Below are positions 53,597-64,000 of a stretch of 64,000 bases of DNA, in pieces (within the stretch, counting starts at the first letter, position 1; every line of letters starts with the position of its first letter). Source of the stretch: Octopus vulgaris (taxonomy: Eukaryota); NCBI GenBank assembly GCA_951406725.2, contig OX597822.1, forward strand, positions 31,558,001 to 31,622,000, written 5' to 3'. Below the pieces are notes generated by a model that saw nothing but the letters and a program-made list of their open reading frames with translations, had not been told where the DNA came from and ran no database searches. The translations under genes and the position numbers were made by a program.

Positions 53597-53990
53597 GGTG
53601 GCTGCCCCCTCGTTATCAAGTATGGCCATTGCACGAAGCTTAATCAATGTTGTTATCCTGCAATGCCTGTGCAAGAAGATTTTTTTTAAATGGGAAAGGC
53701 TGTGCACAGAGTCAATCCCACTCACTAAGCAACAACAGTCATAATCCGAAAAGAAGAACAAGTCAACATCATCGGTAACCACTGAACCGCAGGTTTTATG
53801 TCGGAGTTATCCCAGTTACCCGAGTTACCTTCTCCTAGAAGGATGCCCTAACAAAGGCTAGGAGTCCTTCACTCCCAATCGTTTAACCGCGCGATCGGTT
53901 ATTCAGTCCGATTATTTCTATGCTCCAGCGCATGATACAGCCTAAAGACATTTATTGGATGGCTGTTGACTCTCAAGAGTTCCTCCGCCC
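53597..53990 (-). mobile_element. Probable short RTE-related non-autonomous retroelement embedded in (CATA)n
   Basis: GC-richer block bounded by CATA repeats; ggctgccccctcgttatcaagtatggcc and ccttctcctagaaggatgcc recall RTE terminal sequences (from memory). Confidence 0.4.
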
Positions 53991-54510
53991 ATACATACAT
54001 ACATGCATACATATATATATATATATATATATAAACACGCACTCATGTAAACACACAAAGCACAAACGGGATTTACAATCAATTGATGAGTCGGTAGTGT
54101 TTTATTCATGTAATCATTGATTACATCATAGCAAAAACCCCACCCTCTTCACGTTAAATTTTAAACAGGGATACACAGGCAAGGTCAATCTTTCATGATG
54201 ACCTATCCAACAGATAACATTATGAGCAGGTGATATTTGTTTTATTTTTTTTTAAATATTCCAATCTATAGACAGATCTGGAGCGGAACAGACTTGCTAA
54301 GTGCACAGAGGTCAAACCAAGCCTAATATTTCAAATAATTATCCTAATTAGTTTATAGTCATAATTTGATGTTAAGCAGTTCCAGGAAACAGACGTGAGA
54401 GCCTAAATATTTCTAGGAAGAATATGTTACCGTTTAAGTGAGATAACAGAACCAGACGTTGCGGTAACAGACACACATTAAACTGTCATCACCATTACAA
54501 GCTGCTGCTG

Positions 54511-54544
<34 letters not shown>

Positions 54545-54916
54545 ACACATACACACATACATAAACGCAGACACATAAGTACATACATATATATCGAAAG
54601 AGAAACATGTAGATAGATAAATAGATAGATAGATATATTCAGAAATGTATATATATGTTTATACGTACATACCTTCAATTTAAAGGTGAAGTAATTTTTT
54701 TACCTCTTTGATTCGCTTTGGTGCCATCTTAAATAGGGCAAGGCCAGTCGAGGGAAAGCAATTGTGTTGCATTGTATTTATGTGTTGTGAGAATGAATTG
54801 TGAAGGAAACGTATGACACACACACGCACGCGTGCACTCACAGACACACACACTCACATACACACATATGAGCATATAATATATATGCTATTAGCCTAGG
54901 CCAATCTTTGGTCAAG

Positions 54917-54973
<57 letters not shown>

Positions 54974-55289
54974 TATATATGTATGTATGTATACGTACGT
55001 ACATATATATTGCCATATACATATATATAGGCAGGTATGTATGAAGAATGTATGTATATCAGTTTTATTTGAATGTTTCTAGCCAATGAGAAAGAGCCGA
55101 TATATAACCTAAATCCAAATCTCCTTCATTGGAATTTCATCATCAACAACAGATTATTTTGTATGTATGCATGCATGCGTTTAATTTTTCATAACTTTAT
55201 ACTCTCTCGCTCTCTCTCTTAATCCTTTTTGCCCCTTTTGGAGAATGGAGCCTCAGCATTTGTTTTCCACTTTTTGCGGTCATTTGATA

Positions 55290-55640
55290 TGTTTCTTGGC
55301 TGCTTCCAATGTCAGTCTGGTGGTCCTGAGCTCGTCCAAAAAATGCTCCGCTTCTATGTTTCCTTCGGGCGTCCTCGCTCACTTTTCCCCTGCGGTTTCC
55401 AGTCAAGTGCTTGTCGTGTCACATTTCTGGGTCCTTTCAGCAGTGTGTGTCCGATCCATCTCCATTACCTCCGTCTAATCTGAACATTTATGGGCTCCTG
55501 ATTGGCCCTTTCCCACAGGTCGGTGTTTGGCACTCTGTCGTACCACTTTAGATGGAGGATCTACCGGAGACATTTGCTGATGAAGGTCTGAATCTTGTAG
55601 TTGCTGCAGGTTGCTCTCCATGTTTCAGAGCCATACAAAA
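55290..55640 (-). mobile_element. RTE-clade LINE 3' fragment
   Basis: Minus translation LYGSETWR...[45 protein letters not shown]...[20 protein letters not shown]. Confidence 0.88.
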
Positions 55641-56368
55641 GTTAAAGGTGAAGCTTTAACGTAATACTAGTGAAATTCGTCTCAGGTATTTAAATATACA
55701 ATCTTTGAGTTATTTTAATCTGGATATGAATATATTTAAGTATACTGGGAAAATATTATAAGTGAATAGAGATTCAGTAAATGAAGGAACACTCAGAATA
55801 TCTTATATTCTCTTGCAGTAACATACATTAATTGAATACAGATCAAAAGGAATACAATATTGAAGGAAACTATTGAGTGTAAACTATTAGCAGACTGGCG
55901 GAAGTGTTGCAACTGAAAGCATATACATTTAGAACAAATGCAACATAATGTGTGAATACTGACGGCAGGAGAGAAATATTGAAAGAAATCTGTTAGAACA
56001 GTTTTAGAAGCGATTGCGATTCAAAACAGTTTTATTGAGATTAATATGTGCATGTGCTAAGTTTAAGGATTTTGCATGTATATACTATAGATCCAGAAAC
56101 TAATACGTTGTGACCCTAGCAATGTCTCCTCGTATTTCATATCTGAATTGTTGAGGTTAAACTGTTATATAGTTGAGTTTATGAACTTGAGGCATGTAAA
56201 AACAAAACAGAGAGAAATAAGGCATATTACTGAGATAATCGAATATCGCATACCTATAAATATTCATAATTTTGCATATAAAATATAATGTAGAGCTGCA
56301 TTTCATAAAAAGAAAGTTAAAACACTAAGCCATTAGTCTAATATGAAAGCAATATTTTCTTTGTGTAG

Positions 56369-56402
<34 letters not shown>

Positions 56403-56579
56403 ATTTTGTCTGTTCATTTCTGTAAAGCTCACGCTAGAATTTTGCGAATTCATAAATAATTCAGGTATCTACTCCATGGATGTGATAAAGTGCATGCGGT
56501 TTTGTGTGGGTACCTGTTTTAGTATATCCACATACGTGCTCGTGAATACATTTACATACATACACGTGTGTAATATGTG

Positions 56580-56653
<74 letters not shown>

Positions 56654-56859
56654 GTGTTTTTGTGTGTGTGGGTGTGTGTGTCTGTGTCTGTGGGTGTAAT
56701 ACATATATAGAATATATGAAATATTATATACATATATATAATATACTATAATATATAATATTTATACTATATATATTATATAATATGCATACATATGTAA
56801 TATATATCATTGACATATATATCTACATGCACGTATCTATGTGTGAGTTGTTATATATA

Positions 56860-56904
<45 letters not shown>

Positions 56905-57343
56905 ATGCGTGTTTGTACATCAACACGCAATCACACACTCAAGTGTGCGTGTATGTGTTTGTCTGGTGCTAGGTCGATAGACGACGTCGACTTAACAGAA
57001 TCTATCTTCCGGCATTTGCTCCGGTTTTCAAAGAACTGAGTTTCAATCCTATTTGCACTAACTATTCCTGTTATTCTTTCAAACTCGATAAAAGATAATC
57101 TCTACTCAGGCAGTTGATTTTCAGTAAAGTTATCGTTACGGACATTATGCCTTGTGATGTATACTTCGAATCTATTCTGTCACAAATCAGATGACACTTT
57201 ATAGAAACAGAAAACCTAAAGCAACAGAGAGACAAAAAGAGTGTCAAATATAGTAAATATTTAAGCACTTGCTCAACTACCTCAAGTTGGCAAGGAGAAA
57301 ATAAAAGGTCTATTGCAAGTTCTGATCACTGAAAGCAGATGTA

Positions 57344-57344
<1 letters not shown>

Positions 57345-57402
<58 letters not shown>

Positions 57403-57485
57403 ACACACATACATACACGATCACACACATACGCACATAAGCACACGAACACCACCACAAATACATCACACACCTCACACGCACA
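57345..57485. repeat. (CA)n microsatellite
   Basis: Visible directly. Confidence 0.95.
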
Positions 57486-58368
57486 TATCAATCAACCACT
57501 CCACGGATCTATATATTTAACGCTTTATAAGTGCATATGCACACAGACACATATAACTTTATATGCACATCCATTCTCTTCCCCCCTATATCTATATATA
57601 CATACAAAATATGGGGTTACAATCATATACATATATATATATATATACACCACGACCGTGCTGATTTTCAACTTGATCAGGATAATAAAGAGGTGACAGA
57701 AAGTGGTGTTCGTCCTTTTCGTTGCCCTGGCGACAGTGAGAGGATATTTAAATTGTTACAGTACGAAGATCAACATAGTTGTTCAAAGTGAATATAAACC
57801 TGGTAATTTTATGTCCAACTTTGTCCAGTTTTCAACTGGTGTCAACATATAAATACATACATACATATATATATTCTTCGATTTTAGTGGCATTTATTGA
57901 TTAAGTTAACGAAACATTCTAGCGGTGGAGTGACAGTTAAAATAAAGACAGTTAAAAGTATTGTTTGCACCAAGTCAACAGAAGCTGAAAGAGTTGATGG
58001 TAGAAATCAATACTTAGTTTAGAACAAGGGGCAGGTATTGTAAAAGAACATCCAATGCCTATGCAAGAATAATATGCTTGAAGCAGGAAGTAATGTGGAA
58101 AGGAGTAATGAAATTTAACGCAATTTAATATGAGAGAAAAACTATTGATATTTTTTTTTCATCTGTTGCTTAGATTTTGCTTGAACATTTCACTTATTAC
58201 GATGCCCTGCAAAACATTTGACCGATGATGAGAGTTGGAAAACGAACTTAGAAGGATAAAATTCTGAATGATACATCTCAGTTAACAAGGTACATTATTC
58301 TAATTTAGTACATTTTCAGGAATCTGGAGCAAAGACTCTGAGAAGCAATATCATTCCTAGTTTGTGCA

Positions 58369-58370
<2 letters not shown>

Positions 58371-58412
<42 letters not shown>

Positions 58413-58453
58413 TTATATACACACGTATACAGATATGCACACAAAAGCATATG

Positions 58454-58534
<81 letters not shown>

Positions 58535-58595
58535 GTATATATATATGTATATATATATGTATATATATGTGTATATATATATGTATATATATATG

Positions 58596-58628
<33 letters not shown>
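58371..58628. repeat. (TA)n array including 12-bp ATATATATATGT units
   Basis: Visible directly. Confidence 0.95.
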
Positions 58629-58705
58629 TTAAATTTTATTTCTTAGGGAGTAAAAATTCCGGCATAACAGGGGTTCAAATTATTCTCAATGAAGAAATAT
58701 ATATC

Positions 58706-59391
58706 TTAATTTAGAAATAGTAGGCCCCTTCATCTCACAATATAAAAAACAATGTTTATTTTCAATACCTACTGTTTTATAACTTGTCTACACGTGTTTC
58801 ATGTTTTATTTTGTAAACTTACATTTTGTAAATTTTTAAAAGTTATCATTCGTATCGCTTTTAAATTTTATTCGTATATATATTTTTTGCTATTCCTTTC
58901 ATTCTTTTGCGATTCCTTTCAATTTATATCATTTTATATTATTACAAGTATATATTTTATTTTTTACCCTATCTTTTACTAACATAGTTTATATAATTGT
59001 TTCGTATATTTTTTTAGCATTTTTATTCTTTTGTTTCTCATTTTATTTTCGTAATTTTTATTTTTGTAACTTTTTATCTCAATTTTGATCTGAATTATGG
59101 CTTCTACTGTAGGGCCCAGCGAACCTAATTTACACGTGCCTATTTTACACATACTTATGGGTTTTAAAAAATTAAAATATAATTCATAGTATTGAACGAT
59201 GATAAAGTGATATGTGGACCTGATGATTGGGGATACATTTTAAGAAGAGTTCCAGCAAAACACGGTGTGGTTTAGGAACCGGGACATGTACCTCATGAAG
59301 CACGTGTATCCAAGTTATAAAACAGTAGGAATTTAAAATAAAAATTCTTTTTTATATAGTGAGATGAAGGGGCTTGCTACCTCTGAATTAA
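58706..59391. mobile_element. MITE/foldback-like element with ~98-bp imperfect inverted repeats
   Basis: 58706-58803 (gccccttcatctcacaatataaaaaa...cctactgttttataacttg..tacacgtg.ttcatg) is the reverse complement of 59294-59391. Confidence 0.8.
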
Positions 59392-59825
59392 AAATAAAAT
59401 ATATATATAACAAATATCAGAGGGAAAGAGGAATATAGGAGAAACACTAAAGCTCACAACGACCGTTTCGACTCACTGAGGAATTCCTGCGGTTCATCGA
59501 GCAACAATTATAAAAATAGCGTTGATGATGTCATGTAGCCATAGGCAGTGAACTTGATTCATCGGCTAACTAATAGGTACATACCTAATACTTCGATAAT
59601 TACTTATATGTTTACATATAAGCAATTTGTGCCGGCTGAGTACAAAAATAACATTTCTGTTCTTCGTTTTAGATTCCGAATTAAAATGTCTATTTCTTAC
59701 ATATATTTAACTGACAAAAACAGCTTTTCAGATGATGTAATAATTCTATTCATAAGCGCGTCTGAAACAGCTGTAGCGAACCACAATCCATCTGTCATTA
59801 AATCGTTATTATTTGTGTGTATGTG

Positions 59826-59909
<84 letters not shown>

Positions 59910-61185
59910 CAGGGTCTTTCAGATAAATTGAGACCAATTTTAAGTAGTCACATTAATGAGCTTAAACTTTCATTTTTTGACAAAACCTTGCTTGCTTGAA
60001 AATCTAATCCTTTTGTTTATTTTTCAGGTAAATAACAAACTGATATGACAACAGAATCGTTCCACCATTGTTGTTTTGGCGCGTGCCAGTCACACTGCCG
60101 AAAGCCATCTTAAATTGCCGAAACTTCCAAAAGCTGCAGTTCATCGTGTGTATAAACAATTTAAAGACGAGCGAAAGTTTGATAGAAAAGAACACAGGAC
60201 TCGAGTAACTCCAAGTGCAATCCAAAGTCTATCGCTTTCCTCAAACGCTCGATGGAACCCAACCTATCCACATACATAACAACTCTTACAGAGAAACGCA
60301 ATGTGTCCAATTACACATTGTACAGAGCTGTGAACAGGAACCTTAGCATGACAAGATATGTTCGAGGACACCGTCAACACCTAACAGTAAAGGCCAAAGC
60401 TATCAGAGCTGAGAGATTTCCAAAGCTTCTGTCATTCAACAAGCAACAATGTGCAGGAAAAAAAAACTCTCGTGTTTGATAACGAGAAGGAGTTCACTGT
60501 GAACGCTGAGGTGAAATGCAGAAATGCTCGAGTGATTGCATACAGCACTTCTGACGTCGCCCCTGTGTTTGTTGTGTTAGAGACGAAGGTTCTTGTCTCT
60601 CTATTTGGAGCCGTGACGAGTGAAGGAAGTGCCGTGGATCTGCGCTTCATTGAGTCTGGCTTGAAGATCGACACAAAGGAGTATCTGGACATCCTGAAGA
60701 ACTCTCTGTAACCTTGTATAGAGCAAATGTTTGGGCTTGTCAATGTGGTGCTTATCCAGGATTATACACCATGTCATGGGTCAAGGACAACGCAGGCCTT
60801 TTTTGGAGAGACGGTGCCACTGTTTTTGTAAGGGTTAACACCTGGTCCAGTAATAGCCCAGATCTCAACCTTCTCGATTACATTTCATGGGGTGTACTTC
60901 AAGCAAGGACAATTTTTTACCACATCCGAGGGTCAACATTTTGAAGACCTGCATCGTGCAATACGCAAAATAAAAAAAAGCGGAGTTTGCGGTAGCTGCA
61001 AAAAGACTTTGCTCGTGTGTGGGGTGCAGTAATTGCCAAAATGGGCGACTATATTGCGTGAGAAATGTTTTTTTGTAATAAATATTACATTAAAATTATA
61101 TTTCGCTACTACTATTATTACTACTAGCATTTATAACTAGTTTTATGCATCGTAAAATTTGTCTTAATTTATCTGCAATATCCTG
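59910..61185 (+). mobile_element. Full-length but decayed Tc1/mariner transposon, DD37D (maT)-like
   Basis: TA-flanked TIRs cagggtctttcagataaattgagaccaatttta / caggatattgcagataaattaagacaaatttta; transposase relics VFDNEKEFTV, IQDYTPCH, WSSNSPDLNLLDYISWG with about 37 residues between the last two Ds across a frameshift. Confidence 0.9.
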
Positions 61186-61214
61186 TATATATACATATGT
61201 ACACATATATATGG

Positions 61215-61252
<38 letters not shown>

Positions 61253-62257
61253 GCGCACGCACACACACAGGTTTCAAAGATTTTATGGGAAGAGAGACAA
61301 GTAACAATTACCTTTCTCGCTGAATGTTTAGAATATTCTGTGAAGCACGCAAAATGCAACCTACTTCCACAGTATTAATGCATAATTATTGCACTTTCTC
61401 ATAATTTGCTGTACGTATTCAGCGTTAGGTGTTTTCGATCAAATATATTTTGTTTTTGGACGTTCCTTGCACCAGTATACAATGTATATAAGGAAACTGC
61501 CGAACATTGAGATGATTGTATGTTTATCGGTCAATAATCTCATGCAGTATATAATTCGACATAAAGTTTACTCACTCATAAACCACAGTTTCTAACGCGA
61601 GCAGAAGCCTTACAAATATGACTATATGTTGTTACAATACTAGCATATAACTATGAAAGGTTAGGTTTCTCTCATATCAACATTACTATGGTGTGTTGTT
61701 TGGTGAGTGACTGTATTCTTAGTGATTTAGTTAGCGAGATATAAGTCGGTATTAGTGTGAAATTAATGAATAATTTGTTAGATATTCATGTTGTCTTTGG
61801 ACGCTATCCACCATATTTTTGCTCGTAAGTTGTCCATATTATTTATAATACCAACATCTTCCAATTTTAACCAATCTCATATAAATGCGAATGCAGTAAA
61901 TGCTACGATGTAGCTACAACAGACTTTGTCCATTAGGTGCAAGTAACATTTACAATAATCTGAAGAAAACAAAATACAATGTCAAATTAGCATCCGTCGA
62001 CATACACTTACAAAGACTACAGACAAGCTCTAGGGGAATCTGTCAATAAGCTAGACATAAACTCCACCCCTACATTCTAGCTATGAACTCGTTAAATCAC
62101 AACAATATGGTTAATTACAATGGGCAGCTGTAGTTCAGAGTAAAGAATGTGTATCTTAAAAGTGAACACCTGTGAATAATTTTGTTTAATACAAAGACAT
62201 TCAACGTAGAACAAGCAATAGAAGTAAAGAGAATAAACACTAATTTCATTCCAGCAT

Positions 62258-62259
<2 letters not shown>

Positions 62260-62333
<74 letters not shown>

Positions 62334-62415
62334 CATTATTATTATTATTATTATCATTATCATAATTATTGTTATTGTGGTGGTAGTGGTCTTGGTGGTA
62401 GCAGAAGTAGTAGCA
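62260..62415. repeat. (TTA)n grading into (GTG/GTA)n
   Basis: Visible directly. Confidence 0.95.
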
Positions 62416-62899
62416 AGGTAAAAGTGTACATATATATATATGTATGTACTGATATACACACACACACGTATATATACATGTGTATATATGAATATGTATG
62501 TGTGTATGTGTTTGTCTGTCAGTAACTGAGTGAGTGCGTATGTGTATGTGTATATGTGTGTGCGTGTGTTGTTTGTGTATGTGTGCCTGTGCGCGCTCGT
62601 GTGTGTATATATATATATCGCACTGATAAGAAAACTTATTTTTATTTCGAGTGTTCGACTGTTTGAATTCTGCTGCGTTATTCCCTATCTCTGCATTCCT
62701 TCACTGTTTATCAGCTACGGAATGGTTTTCTTTATTTCTCATTTATTTTTGATTGTAAGTAGTGGGTAAAGGTGAAAAATATGTGAACAAATCAAGCTAG
62801 ACACATAGCACTATCATGAGGATGTAATTAAAAGCTTGCAATCTCATTTAATGATCTTGCTCAAGACGACCATAAACATATTAACATATATGGCTGTAA

Positions 62900-63029
62900 G
62901 AATATGTATATATATGTATATATATATGTATGTGTGTGTGCGTGTATGTATATATATATATATATATATATACCTACATATATATATACACATATGTATA
63001 TATATTGATATAGATATACATACGTATGT

Positions 63030-63082
<53 letters not shown>

Positions 63083-63425
63083 TATACATACATATATATA
63101 TATACATACAAGGGCGCACAGACAACTTATAGGTGTTTGTGTTTCTATACATGCATGTATATACATATATAAATGTATGTACATACATACACAAATATAT
63201 TTATATGCATGAAGATATCAATCTGTGTGTAAGATTATGTGTGTGTGTGAGCGTGTATTTCCTTTCTGTGCACTGGGTCTGTACGTATATATATATATAT
63301 GCACGTCCCTAAGAAGTTGTGCAAATAAACACATACATGTATATATATACATTGATAAGTGTTGTTTGTAGAAGGATATATGTGTAGAGTGCATATATCA
63401 ATTCACGTTTATAAACATTATCAGC

Positions 63426-63490
<65 letters not shown>
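62900..63490. repeat. (TA)n/(TG)n-rich blocks
   Basis: Visible directly. Confidence 0.9.
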
Positions 63491-63492
<2 letters not shown>

Positions 63493-63874
63493 GGGATTCA
63501 CACATATATACATATGCATAGGGAGTGAAGAGACCAAAGAAGAGAATGTGGGAGGAATGGAATTGTATTTTCTAAACAAAATTCGAATTATTTTTCTCAT
63601 CGTATAATAAATGGATACTGGCTTGTCAGTAAGTTATTTGGCTGTAGGCGAAAATACGCGTCTGAAGACAGAGAGAAAGTATTGGATACTTATAGTGACG
63701 TGGCTGAGAATATGTTCAGCAGATGAGATAATAATAATTTGTTAGTGCCATTTCTTAAGTCAGACATAAAGGAATGGTAACAATAATCATGGAAGCCGGT
63801 TCATTACTGCGTTTGATGTATCCCCGAATATACAGGAATAAAAGTGCAATAATGATGGGGTTCAAGAAGAATGT

Positions 63875-64000
63875 ATGATGGTAATGATGATGAAAATGAT
63901 GACGATGATTATTACGACGGCGACAACGATGACGACGACGACAACGATGACGACGACGACAACGATGACGACGACGTTGAATGCGATCGTAAGGATGATG
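63875..64000. repeat. (GAT/GAC)n tract with 21-bp gacaacgatgacgacgacgac-like units
   Basis: gacaacgatgacgacgac occurs three times in tandem. Confidence 0.85.

Overview
AT-rich, repeat-dominated eukaryotic non-coding DNA with no recognisable intact protein-coding gene. Most supplied ORFs are microsatellite translations. The very dense (TA)n/(CA)n/(TAA)n/(GATA)n tracts and the tRNA-derived SINE families suggest an octopod cephalopod genome (inference). Contents: about 25 SINE copies in three main families; three decayed R4/Dong-type RLE LINEs clustered around (TAA)n tracts; one RTE fragment; one Penelope-like RT fragment; two DD37D-type (maT) Tc1/mariner relics; and three MITE-like inverted-repeat elements. 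The most unusual item is a ~500-bp insertion at 9229-9738. It has 13-bp flanking direct repeats, a 344-bp hairpin-rich unit with a type I hammerhead-like fold on the minus strand, the start of a second unit, and an inverted, circularly permuted copy of part of the unit. This fits a retrozyme/Penelope-like ribozyme retroelement. Several short elements inserted in (TA)n carry minimal Penelope-type hammerhead motifs. Boundaries of decayed elements are approximate and were read by eye.
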